Assembly: GCA_964036045.1 (NCBI GenBank)
Contig: OZ038378.1
Location: 96,224,001-96,288,000, forward strand
Direction: 5' to 3'
Length of the DNA stretch: 64,000 nt
Source of the DNA: Eutreptiella sp. 'Long Island Sound 2002'
Taxonomy: Eukaryota; Protista; Euglenida
Shown here: positions 1-13,023 of the stretch, in pieces
Layout of the letters: every line of letters begins with the position of its first letter
Position numbering within the stretch: position 1 is the stretch's first letter
Notes under the pieces: generated by a model
What the model was told of the DNA's origin: nothing
The model's database searches: none
Seen by the model: the letters and a program-made list of their open reading frames with translations, nothing else
Made by a program: the position numbers and the translations under genes

Positions 1-78
1 ACACCACACACGCAGCAGGACACACCACACGGGCACAGCGGTATTTGGCTCCAATTACCTACTTTGTATTGCGACGCC

Positions 79-2024
79 TCACATTAAAGCAAGTACATCT
101 ACCTGAAAATGTATGTTTTCAGCAGTCGATTGTGAGGGCTCGCATTCCCGACTCGAAGGAGCAAGGAAAAGCAGCGTCGTGCGCGCAGTAGCAACAATGG
201 AGCTGGGATTCATAGTAAAACCGATTGTATGCATCGGTAAAGGCCGGTATTGTGTCCAGAATGTTCGTTCGCTGCGCATCAGACCGCAGAGGAATCTTGT
301 TGTCCATCAATCGTAGCACAGCAAGTGAGAAGTTCCGGGGATGCCGCAGAAATGTGCGCAAAACATCAGTCAACAAAGTCCTGTATGTGTCCACATCCGG
401 CTGCCTGTCACGGTCAGACGGACAATTTGGTTCAGCCTCCCAGTGCCTCTCCATAGTCGATGTGCCTGATTGCCAGGGACAGCACCGAATTCTCAGGCGG
501 CCCCGGTAACATACGAGTGCAAGCGCTGTCTCATCTCTGTTTCAATGTCGGAAAGGAAACCCCTCAACAGCAGGTGTCTGTTAATTCTGGCAGGACAGAT
601 TTGCACGAAAGATTCTCCCACGTTGCTCAGTGTGACGGCCCAGGTGTCCCTGTATTTTTTGGACCCAAGTCGACTGAGCATAACTTCGCCAAACTGTTCA
701 CCATACCACAATCTCGACAGGGCGCCGTCGAAAGCCTGCCAACGCATCAAGGCGACACCGATGGTCCTCACATACACAAGTGGATCAGATGCCGCCCTGC
801 GTAGCTCTATGAGAAGCACGAACACCGGTCGCAGAACATGATCGGCGTCGATGGCTGATCCTGGTTGTCGTCCGGACCAGTTGCATTGCCTCACGAGAAA
901 TCCACAGTAGAGGACAAGCGAACACCAGTTCTGCAGAAGGTTCACCAGAGCTTAACATACCGTACTCTTCAGGCGATCCATCGCCGTCCGACCGTGCTCC
1001 TCAAAAGCCTGTAGCCTGTTCGACTTCCAAGGCAACTGCTGCAAGAAATATGGTGCACATTTCAGGATGCCAGCAATAGTTCTCTCCCTGACTCTCAGCT
1101 TTGGGTACAACCCTACTGTTTTTCCCACTCCTAAGCGGGCAAAGTGGAAGTACACAAACAGCGAATGAAAGCGCTGCCACACGTTTGTCACAAGGTATTT
1201 ACAGGGATGCCATCAACTGTACAAGATGTTAGTTCTCTTCAGTGTTTCGTGCCAGCTCCAGCACTGCGCTCTGTCGCAGTACGGTAACTTGAGGCATCTT
1301 TTGTGTATGTTCTCATCAAGGAGGAGTGGCACAATCAGGTGCGTGTGGTTCGACAGGGATGCAATGTAGTCCAGCACCCCAACGAGGCCCTCGTACGAGG
1401 ATGCCTGATGCGTGGTCAGCAACAGCGGTTTCCAGCCAAGATTCGGTACCTGATCTCGCACGATGTCAACCAGCGCCCTGATGCTCAATATTGGCGCTGG
1501 TCTGTCTGCAAGCACGCCGAGATCTGTTACTATCCGACAGAAGCTACGTTTCATTCTGACAAGCGCTGCAACTACATTGCCGATGCTGCCAATGAGCACA
1601 TCTATGGTTGGATGTCCTCTGAAATACGGCAACCTGCACCGAATCTCAACAACGCAAAGCGCTGTGCAATTTTGCGACTCATCCTGGATCGTTGGATGCG
1701 TTCCATACTGCTTAATGTAGCAATTGTTGATCCAGATGCAAACCTGCCGGTCAATCCAACGCCATGTTTCCAGCATCCTCCCTGCGGACCCATGCTTCAT
1801 AGTTTCCTCTCGCAGCCGCAGCAGTCCTGTCTTGCGCAACTGGCGCCTGTTTTGCCGCCCCATAGAGGCAAAACCTGTGCGTCCTCGTCCAGGTGTTGGG
1901 GTGTGCAACGCAAGCGCAGGATTTTGTATAGGTTAACGAACTCCTCCTTGAAGTGATTTGCCGCTCGACCCTCTGGTATGCCTCTCAGTGTCAGGGGCAG
2001 TGCCCTGTCTTCCGGTTCAGTCAC
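79..2024 (-). pseudogene. Degenerate RNase H-fold/DDE transposase-like gene (DUF6589-like motif order)
   Basis: ORFs 1213-1908, 952-1191 and 493-945 are one frame separated by single stops; 1797-2024 joins by a frameshift. Motif order WINN(DN)CY, TTHQASSYEGLVGVLDYI, PLLLDENIHKR, xWHPCK, GEQFGEVMLSRL fits a D-D-H-E core. Family assignment is by eye. Confidence 0.5.
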
Positions 2025-2593
2025 AACAAGGGCGCAAAATCAAAAAAGAAAACAGCTCTGTTTTTTTCTTTCCTCCTGCCTGATCCTGTGAGTGGTCGCG
2101 CGCGCTGATCCTCAGCGCCAAAAAAAAATAAAAAGAGAAGAAAAACACGACGAAAAATATTTCTAAATAGCTGAGAAAAAAGCTAATTAACATAAAAAAC
2201 GGATAGGACAAAAAGCGCGCAGCAAAAAGCGTTAAAACACGACGTCGAAAATTTTGAACTTAAATAGACAAATAAATAGCGCCGTAAGCGCCATAACGTA
2301 AATAGGAGTATAACCCTGTGCCTGTCGTTGCCTAATTTGCCGTCTACGCAAAGAAAACTGCGTCGCGAGCAACGTGGTAAACTCGAAAACCACGCCCCTG
2401 CCCTCGCTCCCTCGCGCCCTCTTTTATCCACCATGTACCTTCCTCTCCTGCCCGTGCCCCACCCTCAACGATTCTGCCTTCTTTCCGCTGCAGGTGGTCT
2501 GTACGTGGCATGAAGGACAAGGACACCGAAGCCACCAAGGTGATACCACCCACGACAACGCCAGCATCGCGGGCTGAAATGTAAGGCAGTGGG

Positions 2594-3110
2594 GTAGGTA
2601 GGTAGGTGCACTCGTTCGTGGAGAGGCGCCCCATGGTTCCCCCTGGCGTCGCCCCTGTGACGAACAGGAAGAGGCTCCGCGCGTGAAGAGGGGAGGCGGC
2701 TTACTTCCCGCTAGACCTGACTGTTGGCCCCCAACAAAGCGGCCCCGGGCAACGCCAGGAGGGCTGATCGCCGCCAGCGTGGCGTACTTGTCTCGCCGGG
2801 AGGGTTTGCCCCCGTGCTTGCGCACGTCCCCTCCTTTGGGTGGAACCCTAGGGGTTCACCGGACTTCCTGGCGTATCCCGTTCCCAAGGCATGCATGCAT
2901 GTTCTTCGTACTAGGGTTCCGAGGCGCTTGGGTGTCGCACGCTCCGCCTCGAGTCCCAAAGCAGCGCAGGCCTTGGGATGCAGCCTTACCCCCTGTCTCC
3001 GGATCTCGTTTGGCCGGGTCACCTGCATGGCATGGGCTGCCTCAGTGTCCGGGCTGTGGGCACTGGGTTTCCTACTGTTGTGCGGCGTTTGTGTTTGGGT
3101 CCGGTTAGCG
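2594..3110 (+). mobile_element. (GGTA)n-capped ~520-bp terminal module, copy A
   Basis: Starts GTAGGTAGGTAGGTGCAC; alignable along its length to 15070-15595 (reverse) and 63379-63930 (forward), roughly 85% identity by eye. Confidence 0.85.
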
Positions 3111-4760
3111 GTTGGGTGTGGGTTTTGTTAACCCCGCCGGTCCTGGCTGGGGTCTTGGGTGGGTGTGTTTGGGCACGGTTTGTGGTGTTGTCCCTCTAGT
3201 GTTGGCTGTTTGTGGTGTTTGTGGTTGGGCTTCGGTTTCGGCCTGCTTTTGGGACGTGTGTGGTTTCGTGGGCGCCCCGCTTGCCCCCCGCCGTTTCCGG
3301 TTCCGGCGTGCGGTGTGGGCGTGTGTGCTGGGCCCGGGTCTCGGCTGTGCCCAGCCCCTCTTGGCTGGGTTGTCGGGGTGTGTTTTTTGCGCTTTTTTTT
3401 TTCCCGGGCTTTGTGGTCCCTGTCCCTCCATCCCCTTTCTTTCGGGCTGGGCTGGTGGCTCTCTCTTTTTTTTTTTTTTCCGTTTCGGTGTCCCTTTTCC
3501 CCGTTGGCCGCTGTTACTGGCTGCGTGTTGCCGGTTTTGGGTGGGTGGTCCCCCTGTGCCTCTGTGGGGGTCCTGTCTTCGGTGCCTTAGGGGGGGGGTT
3601 TGGCCGCCTGTGGTGGTGTTGGTGGGCGGTTTGGCGGCTGTGGGCTGTTTTCGTGCCTTTCCCCCCCCCCCTTCTTTTTTTTTTTGCGGGGGGGGGGCTT
3701 GCCTGTTCCTCCCTCTGCCTTCCCTGGGCTGGCGCACACACTGGCCTGCAGTCAGTGTTGTCTTCCGGGCTGCTGTCTTCAGTTGCGTTCTGTGTGGCCG
3801 CGTTCCGGCCCCATGGGTCGGGTGGGCTATGTACACGGTGGGCTCGGCGCCCTTTCTTGCCGGGTTAGGTCCTGGCTCTGCCGGCTGGGCGGCTGCGCCA
3901 GGCGGCTGCTTGTGGTTTTGGGTTAGGGGGCTGGGGTTGTTCGTGTCCTTTCCCCTCTGCGGTGCCGGCTGTAATCTTCTGGGTGGTCCGCCACCGTTGT
4001 CGCCAGGCGCGCTGTGGCCCCGTGTGTGGCCTGCGGTGCTGGTGTGTGGCGTGCTGGCGCGGCGCCTTTCAGGGTGTGCGGTGGCTGGCTTCGGTTAGTC
4101 CCTCAGGTTAGGGTCAGTTGTGTGGTGCTGTGCCGCTCTGTGCCGCGTCGCGTCGCATCGTGCTGTGGCGCGTTGCACTGTGGCGCGCGGTGGTGCGGTG
4201 TGCCGTGGTCTCGCGTGGTGCCGCGGTGGGTCAGTGGAGGTCAGCCTGGCCTGTGTCGTGGTGCGGAGTGCGGGCCGGAGTGTGGCTGGATGGTGGCTGG
4301 GGGGTGCGGTTAGGTGTGGGTGGCTCGCTGGGTCCGTAATGTGGGGGCTTGGGCGTGCCGCTCGGGCTGGTGGGTCGAGTAGGTCGTTCGCGTGACGGTC
4401 CAAGGGGTTGCCCTCCCTGGGGGCCTGTGCCTTGGTCCTGTGTCCTCTCGGGGTTTCGGTCCCTAGTCGTGGGTGCCGCGGCCGTGCCTTCGTCCTCTTC
4501 CGGTGCCTGTGAGGTGGCCCTTGTGGTGGCCGGGGTCGTCGCCTGGCGGTGAGGGCGTGGTGGTGCGCCGTGCGGCGGCGTTCCCTGCGGCTTCCTCTGT
4601 GGGTGTGGCCTGCTCTCCCCGTGTAGGTGTGCCCTTCATTCTCCGTGTGGTTTCCGGTGGCCGGTGGGCGTGCGCTGGTGTGATCCGCATGGCGGTAAGG
4701 CAGTGAAGCAGACATGGTCTTGCTGCCTGCAAGTGTGCGAGTGTGCGTGCGTTGGGTAGT
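3111..4760. repeat. GT-rich low-complexity arm following module A
   Basis: Strong G/T strand skew; begins with minisatellite-like CCGCCGGTCCTGGCTGGGG and degenerates; ends at an AT-rich junction (about 4760-4830). Confidence 0.7.
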
Positions 4761-4829
4761 GTATAATTTTATTTTATCTTCAAAAAATAAATAAATGTTT
4801 TTTAACAAATTTGGCAGCTGTTTTACAAG

Positions 4830-6990
4830 TAGGAGAAACCAAACAAACACAGGAAACAAATCAAACAAGGCAGCAGGACAGGACACCACAGCACTACACG
4901 GCAGCACAGCACCACGGGGCACAGCTCAGGGGAGCAGGGCACCAACGTAGAGCAAGGGCGCACAGCAACACCGCACAGGGCGGAGAGGACAGGGAACGCA
5001 CAGCACGACACACCAGGACGCAGACGGCACAAAGCACAGCGGCGAACAACACCAGGCAGCAACACACCACAGCAAAACGCACACAGCGCGGCGAGACAGG
5101 ACAAAACACAGCGCCAGACGCACAGCACCCCAGGACAACGGACAGCGCCCCAGGACACAACGGAGCTCGCGACAGCACCAAACAGAGCAAATGAAAACAA
5201 CACAGCGCACAACAACACAAGGCCAGGCGGCACAACGCGCACTGACACGGCACGGCACAGCACCCAGGGACACTCCACAGCACACCACCGACACACAACA
5301 CCAGGGCCAACCAGGATCCACCAGGGGACAAAGAAGGACAGCCAGGCCCACCAGCAAACTCGCAAACACAACAGACAACAACACGAAACACAAGCCAGCG
5401 CCGTAGGGGCAAAAGAGCAACGCACAGAGAGCAACGCGCAGGCACACTGGCACAGCACCGCACACACATAGCACAGAAACAGAAACAGCCCAGAGCACCA
5501 CGGAAAGGCGAGGAACAACGCAAGGAAAAAACAAAACAAGCAGGTAACGCAGCAACGCACGACAGCAAAGCACAACAAAAACAGCACAACACGGTGCAAG
5601 ACCCCAACCCGACACAAGCACGCCAGACAACACCGGGCACAGCACAAAACACACCACAGACAACAGCACCACCCGACACGACGGAAAAAAAAGCGCAACA
5701 CAGCACAACACAACCAGCCGCGCGGGGGGGGGGGGGCACAACCGACACACACCAGACAAAGGGAAGACCGGCGCAAAGCAACCGAGAGGGGGGGGCGGGC
5801 AACACCACACGTCACCCACCAGAGGCAGCACGGGGAAGAGCAACACCGCCAGTGCGGCGCCGGCGGGCACGCACAACACAACAGGCAACAACACAAAAGG
5901 AGGAGGCACAGGCAGGGAGCACCGAACAACAGAGCGCAAGCGAACACCGGCCCCTGCCGCAGCACAAGGGCTACAAAAACACGCACCAACACGCCCCACA
6001 GCCCGGGACACACCACTTCGGCACCACACAGCCACCACAGCACGGCACAGCAAAAAGAAAAGGAAGGTGAAGAAAAAAAAAACCCAGACAGCGAAAAAAA
6101 AACGCAGGAAAAAAAACCCCTCGCGGGGGGCGGGGAGAAAGAAAAAAGGAGAAAAAAAAGAAACAAAAGAGCGGGGGGGCGGACCACAGGACGCCAAGGC
6201 CCAAGGCAGTCAGGGCCGGAAAATACGGAACACCGGAGACAAGGGGGGCGGAAAGAAAACAAGAAAAAAACGCAGGAAAAACCACAGGCAGGGCAACCCC
6301 AGCCCAGAGGGGGCCGAGCAGACGGAGAGAGCACCAGGAACAGCCACAGGAAAAAGGTGAGGCGCATCAAAACGCGCCCAGGAGGGCGGCCCGCCCGACC
6401 CGGCCAAGAAAGCACGCACACGCACACACGCACGGGGCGGTGTCGGCGTCCACACGACGAAGCCGGACCCGTCAGTGACCGGGTCCACACATGCAAACCA
6501 CCGCAGCGCACGCAGCCCAAGACCGACGCTGGAGGGACCTGCCAGGGACAACCCCGGCGCGGGGCCCCGAACGGGTACGACGCGGAGCAAGCCCAGCACC
6601 CCTGCCTCGGCGGGGGCCAGCGGCAGGCACAAAGAGCCCGGGTCTCGGCCGGCCTCCACTTGCCCCGCGCAGCCGCCCAGTAAAGCCGGGGGCGCAAGCC
6701 CCTGGGGTGGGGAAAGGCACCACGGCGCCGGGAAAGCGGACCGGAGCACTGAGAGGGACCGGACCGGACGAGGCGCGGCGCATCAACGCGGGGCCACGAG
6801 GCACGCCAGAGAGGCACGCCGCAGGCCACAACCAAGGCACCCGGGGTGGTGCCAAGCAACAACGGCCACCGGGTGCCGCAAACCCGGGCAGCACGCACAA
6901 CACGCAACAAACGGTGGCACAGGAACAGGTGCCTGGCAACAGCCAGGAGAGGCGGGGTACAAGCAGAGCGCACACAGAAACCCACACACC
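4830..6990. repeat. CA-rich low-complexity arm (opposite skew to 3111-4760)
   Basis: C/A-rich cryptic repeats (ACACAGCAC, CAACAC) that grade into the minisatellite. Confidence 0.7.
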
Positions 6991-7796
6991 CCAACAGCCC
7001 AGCCAGGAGTGGCGGGGCGCAGCCAATGCCCGAGCCCGAGCACACACACCCATACTGCACAGCACAGCTAGGAGTTGCGGGGTACCAGCAGAATGCGCAC
7101 GGGAACAGACAAAGACCCCAACACCCCAGCCAAGTGTGGCGGGGCGCAGCCGAAACCTGAGTCCACACACACACACCCACACCGCACACCCCAGTCAGGA
7201 GTCGCGGGGTACAAGCGGAGCGCGCACACAAACACACACACACCCCAACACCCCAGCCAGGAGTGGCGGGACGCAGCCAACTCCGAGCCGGAGCACACAC
7301 ACCCACAGCGTACACCGCAGCCAGGAGTGGCATTGTAAAAGCGGAGCGCGCAGTGGAGCACACACACGTTAGAACACCCCACTCAGGAGTGGCAGGGGCG
7401 CAGCCCAAACCCAAGCCCAAGCACACACACCCACGCTGAACACCCCAGCCAGGAGTGACGGGGTAAGAGCGGAGCGCGCACCCCAAAACACACACATCCA
7501 AACACCCCAGCCAGGAGTGGCCTGGGGCAGCCAAAACCCGAGCCCAAACACACACACCCACGCCGCACACCCCAGCCAGGAGTGGCGGGGTACCAGCCCA
7601 GCGCGCACAGCAGCACACACAAACGCGAACACCCCTGCCAGGAGTCGCGGGGTGCAGCCGAAACCCAAGAACACACTCCCACACCGCACACCCCAGCCAG
7701 GAGTCACGGGGTACAAGCGGAGGGCACACACGAACACACGCACACCCCAACACCCTGGCCACGAGTGGCGGGGCGCGGCCAAGACCTGAGCCCAAA
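6991..7796. repeat. ~62-bp monomer / ~125-bp dimer CA-rich minisatellite
   Basis: Core CCAGGAGTGGCGGGG recurs about every 62-63 bp, alternately followed by CGCAGCCGAAACCCGAGCCC or TACAAGCGGAGCGCGC. Confidence 0.9.
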
Positions 7797-8128
7797 CCCC
7801 GCACGCCCACCTGGTCCCTAGTTTCATCTTAAGAAATTTATCTTCTTAAGATGAAAAATTCATCTTAAGATGAAACGTAAGAAGAAAAATAAGAAGAATA
7901 ATCTGCTGAACTTTTTTTTTGGGGTTCCACTTTTTTGCCTACACTTTTTTGTAGCTTTACAGTTCTGGGGACTCTTTGCACCTTTGCAGTTGTAAACATT
8001 TACATTTATCATTGCAGCTATGAAGTTGATGGATTGCTTGATTGATCATTAGGACTTGCCCAAATCAAAACTCCATCCCCTTTCTGTTGTGCACATCCGC
8101 CTTTTGTTTGCCAGTTTTTTTCAGAGCG

Positions 8129-10249
8129 ATGGAAACCGCAATTCAACAACTACAAACACAAATCAAGAAGATGGCACATCAATACTCACCTTATGGTGAC
8201 GATGCTGCCACGTTACTAGCGGCTTACTTCGATCGTTCTACTCTTGGTCGCTCCCCATTCCACCAAATAAACAAGAAAATGCAACTCACCGCAAAAAATG
8301 CTGAGCTGCACGATTTCACAAAAAAATGGTGTAGTCTTATACAAGCTGTGTGCTTGATTGTGGCACTTGGCCTCTCCCGGGCAAAATACAGGCACCTCCT
8401 GCTCTTTGCAAGTGCCAAGAAGCAGGCCTACTTCAATGCGACCGGGGTTCGTGTTCCCAATTTGTTCCCGGGTCGACGTACTGTGGAGGACACATGGAAA
8501 AGTCTCACAAGCCTTTGCACATTGGAGTCATCTACATGGTACAACAGCACCGTTCCAATTTCCTGGCAACTCGAAGAATGGGTGGAATATGTGCAGTCCC
8601 AGGATGCTATCTGGGACACTGTTGCAGACCCGCAGGATGGTATTACATTAATTATCCGAGGCGATGGTTATCCGGTTGCGGGATGTAGTTGGACGCAGTT
8701 AAATGTGTCCATCATGGACCATGGTCGCCATGCAAGGACAACCAGCCACATGTGGGTGATTTCACTGGCCTATGCAAGCGACAAGGACATGGAGGACCTG
8801 AAGATTCTTTGGAAAACCAATGTGGAGGTGTGCTGCGCTGCATTCTTCGTGATGTTTCATCGTAAGATGAATTTTCCATCGTAAGATGAATTTTTCATGG
8901 TAAGAAGAAAATTTAAGAAGAAAAAACTCTCTCTTCCCTGCAGGCCATTCAGCAAATCTTGACGACTGGTTGCATTTCTCTGCGGTGTGGCATGGTGCTG
9001 GGTACCTGCAGGTTTGGTGGCGACCTACCGTTTCTCTGTGGTATCCTCAGACTCAGTACAGCATGGATGGTTCCTTCCACATTCTGCAATGGTATTTGGT
9101 CTGATGTGCACCAAGATTCAATTGGGTGGGAAAGGCAGAGAACAGCTGAGGAGGACGCACAATGCAGAGGCAAACTGCCTGTTGTACAGGCTGGAAAGTG
9201 AGTCAAATATGAACCCATGTTTGACACTGATAGATCATCATTTTTCCCTTGTATTCTACACATCATGATGATCTGTGGCAAGCTGATCTTATCCTTTACA
9301 CGCAAGGTTGCACTAGACCTGCCCAGCGACAGGGTGCGGCTGCTGAAAGCGACGTTCAAGGCTGCCAACATCCGATGGAGAGCGTTGCACAAGGAGTCTG
9401 CACCAGATGGCCAGGAAGTCCAGCGTCTGCTTTGCGCTTGGGATACAGTGGCACACGTGTTGAGCATTCACAGATCTGCAGCAGATGAGGCTGTGCGGCA
9501 GCTGGGTGAAGTACTGCGCCAACTGTATCACTCTGGGCCCCCGGTTGACGGCTTGGAAGATCGGGTGGAGCTAGCGGCACGCAACTTCCAGTTGCATTGT
9601 GTTCGAAATTCCAAATCGTCGTATCTGTACATCCTCATCCATGACATGAAAACCATCATCAGCGAATGTCGCAACTCCGGAGTCGGTCTGGCTATGTTTT
9701 CAAACGACCTGACAGAAACCATGAATGCAATTATGAAGGGAATATACCTCCAGCACAGCAGCAGAGGGGGTGGTTCTGGAACAGAATACGGATTGGGCAA
9801 AGCCTTTGCACTAAGAGAGACCATTCTTCATGTTTTTCTATGGAATTATGCACATCTGGAATCCCATGGCGTGCCACGACCCTGCACATCACGTCTGGCA
9901 TCACTGGATCGCTCAATACAGAAGCCAAAATGGACCAAGATTTCAAAGAATTTCTGGAGTCCAAGAAGTGGAAAGAGGTATGCTGTGAAAACAATGATGA
10001 TACTAACAATAATAATAATAACAGTAATTTTTTCAAAGAAAAATTTGAAATATTTGTCGTCGGGAAAATTCATCTTAAAATTTCTTCTTAAGACGAAAAT
10101 ATTCATCGTAAGAAGAAAAGTTCGTCGTACAAATAAAAAATTCGGAAAAAACAGAAAAAATTGCAAGACCAGAAAAAAAATGTATTTTTTGCAGACAACG
10201 CCATTCCTGCCACCTCAGGCCCAGAAACAAGCTCCGGCAGCCACCATGA
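8129..10249 (+). pseudogene. RAG1/Transib/Chapaev-like transposase, intron-containing, one in-frame stop
   Basis: ATG 8129 follows a pyrimidine tract plus AG. GT-AG introns 8828-8943 (phase 0, restores frame) and 9978-10194. Motifs LGLSRAKYRHL, IIRGDG (D), GGDLPFL (D), PMF...PCILH, SYLYILIHD, FSNDLTETMNAIMK (E). TGA at 9199-9201. Confidence 0.75.
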
Positions 10250-10255
10250 CTCCAA

Positions 10256-11070
10256 GGTAGGTAGGTAGGTAGGTATCTTCGGGAGCTCGGGATGCCTCCT
10301 TTGACATTGCAGGAAGAAGGTCTTACCCAGGGGACGTCCTGTCCCTCCCACTGCCCTATGTCAGGTGCCTCTTGAGCCGCTCCCGCATGTGCTTGGGAAG
10401 GCATTGTCGCGGCCACCCGGTCCATGTGTCCCAGGTGGGAGGGTGTCCCCACATGTGTCCATGGGTAGGGCCACATGCCCCCTCCTTTGGGCGGCAGCTC
10501 TGGGGGGCTGCCGAGCCGTGTGGAGTATCTCTCACCACAAGGGGTATTGCTCCCGCTTGTCTACGGCACGAACGCCTCACCCTTGTGGCTTGAGTTGCGG
10601 GGCCACTCTGCTTGGCAGGTGACCCCCTCCTGGACTGTGTACTGGCTCGCGTGTCACCGGTTGCTTCCATGGCTCCGGGTGACGTTTGCCATGGTCTCCA
10701 GTGCAGCCTGGCCGGGCTCGGACCAGTGGCCTTGGAGTACCGCTCCTGCCACTGGCCCGGTGGGTCGGCTGGGTCGCCCCAGTGCGTCCGACCCATGGGG
10801 TATTGGTTCTTTCCTGTCCCTCGGCCGCCCTACGTGTGTGCAGTGTCCTGGGCGGCTGGGCTCCTGTTCACCGGTGTGCCCGCGCGGTTTGCTGTGGTGC
10901 GTCTGCGGTGTCCTGGGCCAGCTGGCTCCTGTTCACCGGTGTTATCGCTCGGTGTGTTGTGTTGCATGTGCGGTGTCCTGGGCCACTAGGCTCCCGTTCA
11001 CCGGTGTGCGTGCTGTGTGCGGTGCGCGTGTGCCATGGGAGGTTGTGTCCCTCTTCCTCCCCCCCTAATT
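10256..11070 (+). mobile_element. Second-family (GGTA)n-capped insertion between the two transposon genes
   Basis: Begins (GGTA)4-5; the body differs from module A but has the same progression to GT-rich repeats (GGCTCCTGTTCACCGGTGT recurring 3-4 times). Right boundary uncertain. Confidence 0.55.
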
Positions 11071-11228
11071 TTCGTTTTTTTTTTGGTTTTCTTTTTTTTG
11101 TTTTTTTTTTCTGCCAGCTGCAGATCAATTGGTTCACACACCAACACAATTGGCAGGACCCTGTGCGACAACGTGACCTCAGTGCCACGGACAGCCCACG
11201 CAGTGCACTTGGCAGCCCCCTCTCTGAA

Positions 11229-13023
11229 ATGTCTGGCTACAAGCTATCTAGCCATGAGAAGGTGGTCCTGGAGGAAGGCCACGTGAACCCAATGTTATTG
11301 AAGTGCGTGGAGGATGATGTTGATATTCCTGCGCCGTCGACACCCATTTACACTGACCCTACCATGGTGCACGTGACAATCAATCATGCTTTTGGTCGTT
11401 GTCGGAACAAGCTTACGAAGCAGCACCAGAGCATGAGCCTGGATGCCTGGGTTACAGCAAATCAGCTGGCTGGCCAACGACCTTCTGGTGTTCCATTGAC
11501 TGAAAGGCAGAGAATTAATGCAGCCCGTCAGCCTCCGGTGCCTCCAAACGCCCTGCTAAAATTTTTGGGAGTCATCTGGAAATTACATGGAGTTGTTGAG
11601 CTTCATGCTCAAGCGGGGGAATGGATGCTATGGTTTTGCAGCACCCCCGCACCTGACATTTGGAATATTCCTATCCCTGAGGGCAAGCAGAAAGGGAGAC
11701 CTCCAGTAACATCTGCGCCACCACCTGCTATGAGATCGACATCTGCACCATTACAAGAACCAAGTGAGCCTCCATCACCAGTAGCAGCAGCACCAAATTG
11801 GAGCGCGACGTTGATTGCAGCCGTGACTGCTGGACTCCAGGAGAACGCGACAAAGCAGCGCCAATATGAGGTAGGCAACCTGTGAAGAGGTGCGCGCGTA
11901 ACGTGGGACGATTCATCTTAAAAATTCATCGTAACACGAATAATTCATCGTACGAGGAAAGCTATTCATTGTACAATGAAACAGTACGAGAAATGTCGTT
12001 CGTTCATTGCTCTTACCTCAGATTGAAGCTGTTGAGCGCTCAGCTGCAGGAGTTCGATTTGTTGTGGCCAATATTGGTACTGACCTTGGGGTTCAGCATG
12101 TTCTCACTGCAGAAGGCATCCTAATTTCAATGAGACGTGCACCAGCTCGAACATTGGGGATGCTACCAGGATTCGAGACCGATGAGAACGCAGCAAGAGC
12201 AATGCAGCATGAGCAGAAAAAGGCTGTTCACTGGGAGCCCTGGCAGAGCCCACTGAAAACGGCAACAACAACCGTGAAAATTGCAAAGCCCATTAACCCC
12301 AATGCCATGCGGACACTGCTTGCCCTCCAGGAACAAGCCACAAGGACGGGCACACCAAAGAGTAATGCAAAAAGTAATGAAAAAAGCGAACCGACAAAAG
12401 CAGCACCACCAGCCACCAGAAAACGCAAGTGGGAATCTGAGTCTGAAAACGAGGAGTCGGAAGAACCTGAGGAGGATGAAGGTGAAGACGAGGAAGAGGA
12501 ATATGACAGTGATGCCAGTGATGAAGTCGTCACCCAAACAACTCCAGCCAAAGGAATGAAGTGGTCGCATGTCCCATACCAGGCGGAGGCCACTGGCGAA
12601 TGGAAGGTGGCACCAGGGATCGCTCGTTGTTTTTCTGAGCCTAGAGGAACGAAGGTATCTGACGAACTAGTGGCTGAAGCGGAGCGGACTAAGAGCACTA
12701 TCTATTGGCTTCCTGACGATGCGACCGACAAGAGCTGGAATGTGGAAGGTCAATACCTTGCTGCTCGCATTGCGTTTCGCACTCTGGAAGAAGCCAAGCT
12801 TTACCGCAAAGGCATGACGCTGGCACTGAAGAAGCACAAAATGAAGGAACAGCAGCAGAAGGAGCGCGAAGCCTGCAAGGCACGCAAGGCAGAAGCTGCT
12901 GCAGAACCAGCTGCACCACCAGCACCAGCTGCAGATCAAGAAAAGCCCGAGGAACAAACAGATAAGGTGTCCGAAGGTGCAGGTGCGAGTGGTGCAGCGC
13001 CTGACGGTGCAAAGGGCAACTGA
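11229..13023 (+). CDS. Second gene of the RAG1-like transposon, unknown function (acidic stretch, K/A-rich C-terminus)
   Basis: First ATG (11229) after a T-tract plus CAG (11117/11123). Exon 1 open to 11870, GT-AG intron about 11871-12022, exon 2 open to TGA 13023 with no disruptions. Confidence 0.7.

Noticed and set aside
35-2320. CACAG...CTGTG as RSS-like TIRs of the first transposase
   Set aside because: Match is only about 5-7 bp and no target-site duplication is present.
3105-7810. Very long ORFs (up to 995 aa) on both strands
   Set aside because: They arise from GT/CA low-complexity and minisatellite DNA lacking stop codons; translations are C/V/G or H/T/P repeats in several frames at once.
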